Of a DNA stretch of 64,000 nucleotides, positions 26,219-38,018 are shown in pieces. Origin of the DNA: Moniliella sp. 'wahieum' (lineage: Eukaryota); NCBI GenBank assembly GCA_003971905.1, contig RSEE01000007.1, positions 682,001 to 746,000 of the forward strand, written 5' to 3'. Below the pieces are notes generated by a model. It searched no databases. It had not been told where the DNA came from and was given only the letters and a program-made list of their open reading frames with translations. Position numbers and translations under genes: made by a program. Every line of letters begins with the position of its first letter. The first letter of the stretch is position 1.

Positions 26219-29200
26219 ATGCACTCCGACGAGCGCGACAAGCTCCTGGAAGTACTCCAGTCCCGCATTAACGCCGAATGCGTGACGTCCGAGGGCTATC
26301 GCAAAATGCGCAATGCCCATCGTGACTCCAACAATAACGACGCTCAGCGTCTAGCCGAGTCACGCCTCGCCAACAGTGACAAGAACATCGAGTCGTACGA
26401 GGAGCAGGTCCGCGAGCTCACCGCAGCTCCCGGCTCCCCGCCCAAGAAGCTCACTCCGCTTGACCCCATCAAGTACGACACGCCCCTCGGCACCGCCAAA
26501 ATCAGTCGCTTGCTCGAACTGCTAGAGTACCGGTTCCAAACCGAGATTCAGATCGCCGACGCGACCGAAAGGATGCTCAAAATAATCTGGCAGGACTCTC
26601 TCCTTCACCTGACCGCCACTTGATGCACGACACTGAGGTCAACTGCGTCGAGGCCAAGTATAAAATCCAGCTGATTGAGCGCGCCCTCGACAAGTACAAG
26701 CGCCTCCTCGTTGCCGAGGAGCCAGCACCAACAGAAAATGGTATGCATTCTCTCCTGCCCCCTCTCGCCCCCTTTTCACGTGCGAATGGTGTTGACAACG
26801 CGGGCTGCTAGCTTTGCTCGCCCAGCGCCGCGAAAACTGAAAGTTGTCGGGCACGCTCCAGATCTTCATCAAGAGGGCGCGCTATGTCGATCACCTTCCC
26901 CCTCGAGTGGGTACCACGAACGTGAGACGTGCATTACTTTGCGCAGCGACCAGGACGTCATTGCCCGTACCAGCCTCTCCCAAACCGACACGTGGGGCGA
27001 GAAATTTGAAATCCCGGTGGCAAGCGTACACGAGATTGAGCTTATCATCCACGACAACTTGTCTAATATCGCGTTCCGTGGTACTGAGAAGGCGCCCGTG
27101 GGCTTTGTCTGGATCCGGTTGGCAGATGTGGTTGACGAACAGCGTCGACTCAAGAATATTCGCTTGCGGCAGCTTATCAACCAAAGTGGCCACACTGATG
27201 GCAGCGGCACTGGCTTGTACGACATGGCATCTCTGATGGGCAACTCGCTCCAGGCTGAACCCATTACAGCCCAGTTCATAGTCGAGCCTGAAGGTGCGCT
27301 TGAGCTGACAGTCAACTTTATCAAGAGCAATGCGGCCAAGGGTCCCTATGAAGGTCCCCTAGACCGTAAAGGTGCCGTACGCAAGCAGCGTCCCGTCAGC
27401 CAGAAGGTCACGGTCATGGGTCATCTCTTTGTTAGTACGCAGTTCTACACGCTTATGCGCTGCGCCGTCTGCGGTGGCAACTTGATCAAAGAAGGATTCG
27501 AGTGCGAGCACTGTCACTTTGCCTGTCATCGCCGTTGCTTGGATGATGTATTCCCCGAGTGTGTTTCGCGCACGATCAGAGACGAAGGAAAGCCGGAAGG
27601 GGGCAACATTTTGGAGAAGTATACGATTCCTCATCGCTTCGAGCCCTTCACCAATACTGGTATGAACTGGTGCTTCCATTGCGGGCACATGCTCCCTGTT
27701 GGCCGGCGCTCGGCGCGCAAGTGCTCAGAATGTGCTGTTACAGCCCATACGCACTGCACGATTAGTATCCCGGATATGTGCGGGATCAACCCCGAGATCA
27801 TCCGTGCGCTTAAGCTTGCCCTCCCTGAGGCGCCCCGTCCTCGGCCCGAAAGGAAGGAAAAGCCGTTACCGGTACTTCAGACATTGACCCAGACCACCAC
27901 ACCGCCTGGGCCGTCTCTGGCTCTTAGTCCCACCCAGCCTTCCTCCTCCTCTGCAGTTACCAAGCCCCCTAGCGCTACCACCCCCGAAGAGCACCCGGTG
28001 CCCTACCCGCCGTTGGCAACCACACCCTCATCATCAGAATCCAATTACCCTGTCAGTTATAAGGAACAACCGACGCCCGACCACTCACCTCTAGGTGATA
28101 GCATTTCTCTTTACTCGTCCCCTTCATCAGGGCGCGAACACCCACACGGACCACAGCAAATGCCTACCAGCAACAGAGTGACTTTGCCGCCAGCCCCTCA
28201 AATTCCCGCGGCGCTTCCCGAGCCCATCCATCCCAGCCCTCCTCCCGTTTCTGCTGAACATCCTGCACCCGATCCTCAACTGGCGGTAGCACAGTCAATA
28301 CCACCCCCTACTCCGACATCGGGCCTGGACATGCCCGGGCCGAAAGGGAAGCCTGTCTCGCTGAATGACTTTGTCTTCCACAGTGTACTGGGCAAGGGCA
28401 ACTTTGGCAAGGTCATGCTGACTGAGGAGCTTGCGACGGGTGAATTGGTGGCCATCAAGGTATTGAAAAAGGCGTTTTGCATCGAAAATGACGAGGTTGT
28501 AAGTCTGCGAACCGAAAAGAGTGTGTTTCAGGTTGCTTCGCGGGAACGGCATCCGTTTTACTCAGTCTCCACTCGTGTTTTCAAACCACGACACGCATCT
28601 ACTTTGTTATGGAATACATCTCGGGCGGAGACCTGATGCTCCACATTCAAACTAAGCGGTTTTCTCGCCAGCAAATCAAGTTTTATGCTGCCGAGGTTCT
28701 CCTCGCCCTCGAGTACTTACAACACGCCCAGGGGATTGTTTACCGCGACATCAAGCTCGACAATATCCTCCTTAGCCTCGATGGTCACGTCAAGCTGGCA
28801 GATTACGGTTTGTGCAAAGAGAACGTGTGGGTTGATTCAACGACCGACACTTTTTGTGGCACCCGAGTTTATGGCACCTGAAGTACATCCCCCTCCCCCT
28901 CCTCCTTTCCCCCTCCTGCAGGAATTTTCGAATAGACACACTCTGGCTGACTCTTTCTTCTTCCGTAGATTCTTTTGGAAAAGCCCTACACACGTGCGGT
29001 GGACTGGTGGGCGTTTGGCGTCATGCTCTACGAGATGATCCTTGGTCAAGCCCCCTTCCGTGGAGACGATGAGGACGAGATTTTTGATGCGATTTGGAGG
29101 ATGAACCGCTTTTCCCGCTTCAGATGCCGGGACACAGCGTGCCATTGCTGATGAAACTACTCGAGCGCGACCCAAAGAAGCGGTTGGGAGCCGGGCCGGA

Positions 29201-29437
29201 GGATGCAGCGGAGATCAAGCGGCACCCCTACTTTTCCGATATCGATTGGGACGCGCTCTATGCCAAACAAATCCCGGCCCCGTTCAAGCCAACGCTCAAG
29301 TCCAAGACCGACACGTCGTGGTTGGACAAGGAGTTTACCAGCGAACGCCCAACCCTTACCCCGGTCAACTCCATCCTCTCCCCCCCGACCAGAAAGAGTT
29401 TGCCGACTTTGACTGGACCATGCCAGGACACGCTTGA
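26219..29437 (+). CDS. PKC1: Protein kinase C (HR1x2, C2, pseudosubstrate, C1x2, kinase), divergent
   Basis: [10 protein letters not shown] (HR1b), pseudosubstrate RKGAVRK, C1 domains [21 protein letters not shown] and [46 protein letters not shown] and VDWWAFGV. Introns ~26741-26811 and ~28883-28968. Confidence 0.93.
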
Positions 29438-30174
29438 TGGACACTTACCATCGTTGCAACACGCTCATGCCATGGGGGCGGAGCAGGTTGGGCGTAGTGA
29501 CCCCATATACCTCCCCTCTCTTCCCCTCCCTCACTTTCCCTCACCTCACTTCATTTTTTTCCTGGCCATGGATAACCCTCTCATGTGTTGATACCCCCTC
29601 TCTTACCTCTCCCCTTCTGCTGGTGCTGTTTTCAATGCACTTGCCTCTGGACCTGCTCACCCTTCTTCCTACTTGAAGCTTGAAGCTTGAAGCTTGACGA
29701 AAATGCCATGGGGCTGCGGCCCACTATCTAACGCCTGACGGTTGGTCTGGTGCCTTGTCCCGCTACGGCGTGGCGGGTGTGGTAGAGCTACGCATAGATA
29801 ACCGCCCCGCGCCGTGTCGTGCACGGGGAAGGCGTGTGGCCGAAGGCTATAGAGCCAACGGCGGAAGCTTGAAGCTTGTTGCTTGACGCTGGAAGGTGGC
29901 GGCTGGTCCGCCGCGCCGCCCGGACGTAAGCCTACCCTGGCCCTCGACCGCGGGATGCCGCGGCTGGGCGGGCAGGCGAGCGTAGCAACCAGTGCGCTAA
30001 GCGAGCGCTGCTTGGTCGCTGCGGCGGCGCGCCTCGGGTGGAGCGTGCGGTTGTGTGTGTGGCCCGCCGCCCGCCCCTCGCAGCTCGGCCAGGCCGAGAC
30101 CATAAAAGGGTAGGAGGAGGAGAGTGCCCCCCCCCCCGCCCCCCACCGCACCCGACTCTGGTCCGCCTATCGTC

Positions 30175-31165
30175 ATGGCCGCCGCTCCGCCCAAGTTCAA
30201 TGTCCTGGCAGGCAAGCGCGTCGTTATCTTTGGAGGCACGTCGGGCATTGGCCTAGCTGTTGCCCAGGGAGCGATTGAGGAGGGCGCGAGTGTCTTGGTA
30301 GTCAGCAGCTCGGCCACCAAGGTGGCCGATGCGGTGCGGAAACTGTCCGACCCCCATCTCACCTACAATGCCAGTCCCGCGCGCGTGGCCGGCGCGACAC
30401 TCGACTTGGCGCAAGGCGCGACACTCGAAGCCAGCTGGAAAGCTTGTTTGCGCACCAGTTGCCCAGCGCGTGGGACGGGCGCGTGGACCACCTTGTTCAT
30501 ACCGCCGGACGCTTCCCCAAGAAGCACACGCTCATCACCCGATGTATCCTACCCCGAGCTGCACGCCGTTGCCGACGCACGTCTGATCTCGGTCTTGCTC
30601 ATTGCCAAGGTAGCGTCCAAGGTGTGGACCCAGGGTGGGTCCTACACGCTCACTGGCGGCGCGTTCCATCTTAAGCCTCCTGCAGGCGGGATTGTACGTG
30701 GATTTCATGGTGCAGAACGGGGGGGGAAGGAAGAGCGGGATAAAGATTGACGTGTGTGTGGGTGCGGATAGGGCAGTGTGTTTGTCGGTGCGCTCGAGAC
30801 GGCGGCACGTAGCATGTCGGTCGACTTTGCCAAGGTGGGCTTGCATGTGCGGGTCAATGTGGTGGGACCTGGGTTTGTTCTGACGCCCCTGGCCAAGGAC
30901 ATGCCAGCCGCGGTCAACGCCCTGGGGCAGGCAACGCTTTTACCCCCCGGCAAAGTAACGGGACCCGAGATGATTGCCCAAACGTACTGTACGTCTCCAT
31001 CTCCGTCTACTTTTACGTTTACGTCTTGCTCGGCTCCTCGCTGGGGGTGGGGCTGTGGTGGTGCACTGGAGGCTGACAGCTGTTGGGCCAACAGTGGGAG
31101 TCATGAAAGACAGTTCGCTGGTGGGTCAGTCCATCCGTTCCGAGGCGGGATGGCTTCTCAAGTAA
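30175..31165 (+). CDS. Short-chain dehydrogenase/reductase (Rossmann fold)
   Basis: LAGKRVVIFGGTSGIGLAVA, VDHLVHTAG, RVNVVGPGFVLTP and GQSIRSEAGWL. Introns ~30694-30771 and ~30989-31094. Confidence 0.85.
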
Positions 31166-31696
31166 AGCCCAGCTCATCGCGAAGGCTGCCCAAGATCGGG
31201 TTTGCTCGCCATATAGCCTCCTGCTCTCTGTTCCTGTCCTCTCGTCCTCCTGGCCTCTCCTCGGTACGTTTCTACGTGAGACCGACGTTCTCCTGTCCCT
31301 CTTCGCCCCAATGGCCACTGTGTATGTAGTACATGCATCTCGTGCGCAGCACCCGAACCATCTTAGGCCCGAGGTTGCCAGCCAGTCATACTTACTACGC
31401 TCGTCGTTTCCCCTGGCCGAACCAGTTTCCTTCTGATGAGAGCAGAGTAGACGAAACCTAGAGTAGACGGGGGTGCCATGACTATGCTTCACTTCGATCG
31501 TCTCGGAGAACCCCCAGAGTGAGGCGGGGGAAAAGATGACCAAAGCAAGGCCGAATAAGCAGGCGAGGGTTGGCCACGGATGGGTAGACGCGGTGGGGGA
31601 AGGATGGTGAAAAGCAGAAACCAGCGACAATTCCCTGCGAGCCTAGTACCCACCTCTCCGGCTGCGACGGTCCCCTGCAGCCACAGCGCCGCCATG

Positions 31697-34643
31697 CTAG
31701 GCATAGGCGCTTGCCTCCTCGGCCAAGGCAGTCAACTCATCTGCCATCTCTTCATCCTCGTCGCGCATTGGCGCCGCTTGGGCGGAAGAGGCAAGCGGCG
31801 GAGCGAAGACTTGCTGTTCCGTCGTCAGGGCCGCCTGGGCTTGCAGGTCCGCCAACATTTGTCGCAAGCGCGCGGTGGTGCCTTGGCTTCGGCCTGAACG
31901 GTGGCTTGGTGGGAGGAGACTTGGTCTCGTTGGCTGGCCAAGTAAAGTTGCTGCTCCATGAGCTGTTCTCGTGCCTCGTCCACGTCGCCCTCGACTTCGA
32001 TGACCTGGGACTCGAGGTGGGCCAAGTGCCTGCGCGTCCGTTTGAGCCGTTGATTCAACTCGCTGGACCGAACCATGGCTTGGGTGCACTTTTCTGCCAC
32101 TTGTTGGCGCTTGGTGCGAAGCGTGTGCCTCGAGCTTGGCCATCTCTTGCGACATGCCCACCACGCTCGTCTGGCTCGTCACCACCCGTGCAGACCAGCG
32201 CTCCTTCTCGCCGCGCAGAATGAACGGCCCCGTGCAGAGACGCGGCAGATACCCATTGTTGGTCCCGTTTCGGCGCGTGGTAGGGTCCGGTGAGGCGCGC
32301 GGCAGTTCGACTTCAATCCGTTTGGCCAGCGCTTCGGGGGGAATGTCATCGGGATAGCCGGTGAGTGCCAAGGGCTCCCCCAGCGTCAGCTCCAATTCGA
32401 GGTTGATCGGTGCTAAGGGCGATACGCTGCCTCCGATGCCAGTGCCGGGATGGGAGGAAGCAATGACGGTAGCCCCATGTGCATCGACCTCTTTGTCAAG
32501 AATACAGTTGCCTAGAGCATCCACGAACGAATTGTAGGTGGCGCTGCGCATCAGCAGGTCCACCAGCGCATTGGGCAGCGTGAGCAGCACGCTTTGTGGC
32601 AACCGAGGTCGACAACGAGGACCAGCATCGAATGATGGATCACAGACAGCGTCGAATTTCTTTCGCCCTCGTACAAGCCAACCGGCAGAGGCCCCGACAA
32701 GGGCACCACCCACACGGGTTTGGCCAACAGAATGGACTTTTCACTGGGCGGCCGCCATTGGTCCTGCTCGACAAACGTGGCCAGTGCCGTGCGCACCCCC
32801 GCGGGGAGACGCGTGGCTTGGCGCACCTTTTGCGCCACGTACCGCCTCTGTGCAAGAGGAAGAGGGCGTGCCGTACCCAGCGGCGCACTGGGAGGCAACC
32901 GCTCCGGCGGAGCAGGAACCGTGCCCAGACCAGGCACCAAGGTGTACCTCTCATCCGACAGCGGGCGAATTTCATCCAGACGGTCCCCCACCTCAATCCC
33001 TCTCTCTCCAACGTCGGCGACCATTGGATGGGACGCGGATGGGGTCGCCAGTCCTGCCCATTCAGTCGGAGTGGAACCTCAGTCTCGCCAGGCAACCAAA
33101 TGACCGTCTGATCAGGCGAAGGGCGGCCCTCCTCCTCCACAGAGGAAGACGACTGAGAGGAAGTAGTCTGGGACGCACGAGAAGCTACTGGAGCGGGAGC
33201 GGGTGCGGGAGCGGGTGCGGGTGCGGGTGCGGGAGCGGGTGCGGGTGCGGGTGCGGGAGCGGGTGCGGTGCGGGAGCGGGTGCGGGTGCGGGTGCGGTGC
33301 GGGTGCGGGAGCGGGTGCGGGTGCGGGTGCGGGAGCGGGAGCGGGTGCGGGAGCGGGTGTGGAGCGGGTGCGGGAGCGGGCTTGGGAGCGGGTGCGGAAG
33401 CGGGAGCGGGAGGCGATGCAGCGGTTCCCTGTGGCCGGGATGGTGGAATCGTTGGGCGTTGGGCGAGTTTCGGTGCCGGAATAGAAGGTTGAGGATCAGA
33501 AGGACGTGGAGGCTCAAAGGATCCCAGTTCCCATCTGATTCATCCATAGCTTCCGGGGGAGAGATGAACAGCGGGGGAGACGCGCCCGTTACTCTTACAT
33601 TTAGTGAGTCGTCAAACTCGTCCTGATGAGCGCTGATTGGAGTCAATGGCGACGAAGCTCGAGAGACGTCACTTTGCACATCATCATATTTGCCCTGACG
33701 AAACTGGAGAAGCAATCGTTTGGGTTTGTCGCAAGTCCAGTGACGCAGAGTCCCTCACCCCAGATTCCGTTGCCGAAGGTTTGGAAAGGGGAGGAGGCAA
33801 CGGCCGCTCCTTGGCAGATGACGCCTTTGTCAGTTCCAACCGAGGCGGGGAGTGGGGCAGCATCGAATGAAAGTCTTCCGGCTTGCCGAGGGATGAGATG
33901 GGCAGACGCGGCCGCTTATTACGTGATTCAACCGACTCGTCCAGGGGACGTTTGCCTGTAACTGACTTCGAGGAACCATGTGTGGTGCCTGGAGCAAAGT
34001 AAAAGTCAGAAAAAGGAGTGCAGAAAAGTGGAGCAGAGCGAAGAACTCACAGACGCTTCTCCAGTAGAAGCTATTCTAGATTCGACGCTGGGTAGGATGG
34101 GCTGAGGGTTGTACGAAGAGGTGGACTGAAGGCTGGCCTGGGGGTGGGACTGAGACTGGGACTGGGGCTTGGATTCCCGCTTCGAAGCCAGCCCGAGCTC
34201 GGTGTGTGGAGCGGGTTCGGATACTGGCTCTGGTTTGTGTATCGGCAGGGGCCCAGTGCGGGCGCTGGACGAAGGTCGGATTGGGGCGGGGGGGCTGGAG
34301 GAGGGGCAGGAGGACAGCTGGGGCTGGAGATCGGCGTAGAGCGGGAGGCGGAGGCGGAGTGCCTGGTCGATGCCGAGGACAGTAGTCCGGTCCTGCTTGT
34401 CGAGTGACGCGGCATGGATGCTGGCCATGAGGAGGCTGCGGCGCAGGCGGGAGGGGGCGGGTGTGGAGGGGAGGGTCCATTGGGTGGAGGGGGGGGAGGG
34501 GCGCGGGGGGTTGGGCGGAGGGGCCGGGATGCGGGGGCGGAGGCGGTGGTCTTGGCCCTGGCAGGGCTCTGGGTGGCGGAGGCGGATCTGCGCGCCGAGG
34601 GAGCACGGCTGCTGGTGCGCGACCTGTGATGGCGGTTGGCCAT
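31697..34643 (-). CDS. Large hypothetical protein: basic NLS-like segment, Pro-Ala repeat, central globular region, C-terminal coiled coil, possible TM extension
   Basis: Collinear minus-strand ORFs and an intron GTGAGT..CTGAC..CAG 34050-33989. Contains KRPLDE..NKRPRL and heptad-rich LNQRLKRTRRHLAHLESQVIEVEGDVDEAREQL. May extend past 31697 through a frameshift to a hydrophobic segment at ~31570-31520. Confidence 0.5.
33189..33410. repeat. Hexamer microsatellite (GCGGGT/GCGGGA)n, encoding poly(Pro-Ala) on the minus strand
   Basis: About 35 imperfect tandem units read directly. Confidence 0.9.
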
Positions 34644-34868
34644 CGTGGAGCAACGGGTGGTGGTGGTGGGCTGGGCGTGGTGGTGTTGCGCGCAAGATGA
34701 ATCCCGCGCGGCCGACTAAACGCCTCGACTTGTGCTTCGACCCGAGGCGGCGATTGAATATTGGTTGCCTTTCGAGTGCCTGTCCAACGCGTGCGCCTTT
34801 TCTGCGGGTTGCAGTTTTCATGCAAATCAGCGATCGCCTGTCTGGAGCTATCCAATCTGGGCATCAAC

Positions 34869-34968
34869 GGTCGGATGGTCTAGCTGGTCATGACGTACGC
34901 TTCACATCCTGGAGCAACAGGTCTCGTTGAGACGCGTAAGGTCCCCGGTTCGATCCCGGGTTCGATCA
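34869..34968 (+). tRNA. tRNA-Val(CAC) with a 26-nt canonical intron
   Basis: Acceptor stem GGTCGGA/TTCGATC, D-arm with TGGTCTAGCTGG, anticodon stem TACGC/GCGTA, loop TT-CAC-A followed by the intron, T-arm CCCGGTTCGATCCCGGG, then a T-run Pol III terminator. Confidence 0.93.
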
Positions 34969-35392
34969 TTTTTGCTTCAGAACACTGCCGTAGCAGTGCC
35001 CTGGGCTTTTAACATTTCAGTTTGAGTCGCCTGTCTGCCAGTGCCTTACGCATCATCACACGTGGCTGATCACCCATCTTTGGATCGATGTGGCGCTGGC
35101 CTCGAGTCGATCCGGCACTCCGCCCATGGCTCTCTCTGAATCGTACCATCGTCTCCCATGCCATGGCACGACACAACACGACAGGACACGTGCTCAGGAG
35201 ATTCGTTGGATAGCGTGTGGCTACCTCCAAGTCCAGCAATGGATACCTGATCCAGGGAGTATGTGCGCCGGTGTGGTGGCGTTTGGTTATTTTGCTCTTT
35301 TCCCGTTGAGATCAACGGAGATGCCTGTTCAGACCACCCGGTGGCTCGTGTGCTTGCTCAACTACGTCCCTGCAATTCCTCCTCCTCAGGCC

Positions 35393-35556
35393 TCAGGCCT
35401 AGGAGTTCCGTTGATTTCTCTCCCGTGTTTTCCTTGTTCCGCAGTGGCCCCTGGTGGCGATTCGCTGGTTGTTCCGCTGTAGTCGTTGCTGGTTGGCTTA
35501 GACCACCACCAGTGCGATTGCATCGCCCTCGAGGACAATCAGGACTCCGGGTCTCA
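35393..35556. mobile_element. MITE-like dispersed repeat, copy 2
   Basis: Shares TTCCTTGTTCCGCAG, GCCCCTGGTGG, GGTTGGCTTAGACCACC, AGTGCGATTGCATC and ATCAGGACTCC in the same order with 25395-25571. Confidence 0.6.
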
Positions 35557-36236
35557 TCAATGCCTATGGCAAAGGCCGGAGGCCCCGGCCTCTCAGTCTG
35601 AGGAGTCAGCCTGACTAGTGACTAGTGCCTATTGACTGGGTGGGGTGGTCTTTCCAACTCTGGGGTGTCTGTGAATAGAGGACGAGGCCCAAATCCCGCC
35701 CCAAGGCTTGGCTTGGCGAGAGACTTACATACGCACACGGCCAGGCGGAACGAGGTTATTACAGTGCGAATCGTCCGTCCCCTATAAACGCAGTGGCCCG
35801 ACATCCACCCAAACTCCACGTATTAGTAGCGGGTGTGCGCTGAGTGCCGAGGCACACTGAGGCCCTGATCTGAGGCCGAGGCCGCCTGGGTCTTCTGAGG
35901 CCTGAGGGACGAACGTTTGTCCATGTTGGCCAAGGACAATTATCACTGGTGCTCATCTCATCGATTGCTTGCTCAAGCTCAGCAGCGCGCAGCCAGCGCC
36001 TGCCATCCCCGCCCGGCCTGTGTGCCAACCGTGACCGTCACACTAGCAGCGCCGCACTAGCACCGCTCCTGCACGGCCACCCTGTTTCGAAGGTACCTGC
36101 GTACGCCTAAGACCCTGCGCATCTGGCCTGAGGCGCCTGAAACCCAGCCTCATCATCTGCATCATCTCCGGTTTGCGGGTGAGATCTTTCCTGTCATGCC
36201 CCGGGGTAGCCTTCGCCCCCCACCACCACCATCGCC

Positions 36237-37283
36237 ATGTCTTCATCCCAACCCAAGTCGACCCCGTCGTCTGAAGACCCTGCCCGACTAGCCGCGCTGC
36301 ACCAACGCATTGCGGCGCTCGAAGCCGAGGTGGCTGAGCTCAAGCGCACGCTCCCTCCGCCAGCCAAGGTGGTCGCGGTGCCCTCCCCGGTTCCCCTGCC
36401 GCCCCCGTCTCCTCCTTTGCCCGCAGCCCTGCCCCAGCCGGCCCGCTTTGCGCCTAACTGGGATCAGCAAGTTTCCACGTTTGCTGAAACAGGTCTCAAG
36501 CCGGAGCTGGTGTCGGCTCTGCGTGAGAATGGGTACGACTAGCATGCTCCCTCTTTCGTCCGACACTGCGGCCCCCGTTCGTTATTCGTGTTGCTGACTC
36601 CCAATTCCCCTTCCAGGTTCATCAAACCGACCGCGCTGCAGTCAACGGCCATTGTGCCGCTGATTCAGGGCAAGACGATGCTCTTGCAATGCCCGCTGGC
36701 GGTGGCCGCACAATCAGTTATGCTCTGAGTGCGCTCCAAGCATTGACCCCAACAGCAAGCACGTCCAAGTTCTCATCCTGGCTGCCTCTAAGGAGCGAGC
36801 CGCACAGATTGTCCACGATATTCGTGCCTTGTCAGGTGGGATTTGGGGGGCCATGATTCGGACGATGACGTTGCCAGTCGGGTGTACTCTTGCTTGCCAG
36901 GCACCAAGACGGACACTGACCGCCATGCCCTATCTGCCCGCCCGAATTGCGTGGTGGGCACGCCTGGACGGGTGTTCCATTTGCTGGACCGAGCGCATCT
37001 GCCCATCTCGCACTTGCGCCTGCTCATTGCCGACGAAGTGGATGACTTGCTTACCACCTTCCGCCAGCTCGTGATGGAGATTATGCGCTTCCTCCTCCCT
37101 ACCCCGGCTCCTACAGCGGACCATGGCTTGCAGACAGTCTGGGGGGCGGACCACTTTAACAGCAAACTCCTCTCCGGCGCACTTCAGTTCGCTCCGAATC
37201 CGACAATGTGTGCCGTTCGACGCAAGGATGGGGTCTGGCGCGTGGTCACGGTCAAGAAGGACGCTGAGCAGGCGAAGATGTAA
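36237..37283 (+). CDS. Truncated, degenerate eIF4A-like DEAD-box protein (N-terminal RecA domain only)
   Basis: NWDQQVSTFAETGLKPEL..G, intron 36533-36617, then FIKPTALQSTAIVPLIQG (Q motif), QVLILA, VVGTPGRVFHLL and LIADEVD. Stops with TAA where the second RecA domain should begin. Confidence 0.8.
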
Positions 37284-38018
37284 GGGCGTATCTTGCACCC
37301 AGCCATGTGCTATTCCCAAGCCTGTATCATGCACAGCAGGGCGTTTTTCAGTGTCTGCCTACTATTGTCTTTTCGCTACAAACTTAATCGTAACGCGTAA
37401 CTATCCTTCTTGTTGGCGAGGAAATGCTGGTTCGATCTGGTAATCTGCAAATGGAGGATACATGCTACACTGCGTCAGCGTGATCTACCTGATCGTGTCC
37501 TTCGATCGGTGTGCGACCTGAATACTAGTTTGAATCTGCCAACAGTGTTCAGGCTTGGTCGACCGTAAGATCCTCACCTTCTAAAGACTCGTCCAGTAGG
37601 TACTTTGGCGTGCAGGTATGAATGTTCCGGTATTCTCCAGGAGCTTCGCGGCGAGTGGTCTCCGCGATCATGCATGCTATCACAAGGAAGTATAAGCGTC
37701 ATACACGAGCAGCAGCACGGCGACCTGCTCCGGTCATGAAGTCGATGCAGCTCAGACTTCCCAATTTACCCAGCTAACCAGCCTGTTCAGACGGACGCAG
37801 GACACAGGCTACCCAAGGCTACCCGGACCTTCTCGACATGGGCCCAAGGAATGCTTGTCACCCACAATGACCACTTGGTATGCACCCCATTATGCCCGCT
37901 CCAAGTTAACCATTCTTCCCTGGCGTGCCCTTGCCAAAACACCTATACAAGTGTGCAACAACAATGGTCCGCGATGAACAGGTTGTGTATGCATATAAAT
38001 CGTCCAGCACCATTCACC

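Noticed and set aside
29674..29697. (GAAGCTT)3 considered as a heat-shock element
   Set aside because: It reads GAAnnTTG rather than GAAnnTTC; better grouped with the period-7 arrays.
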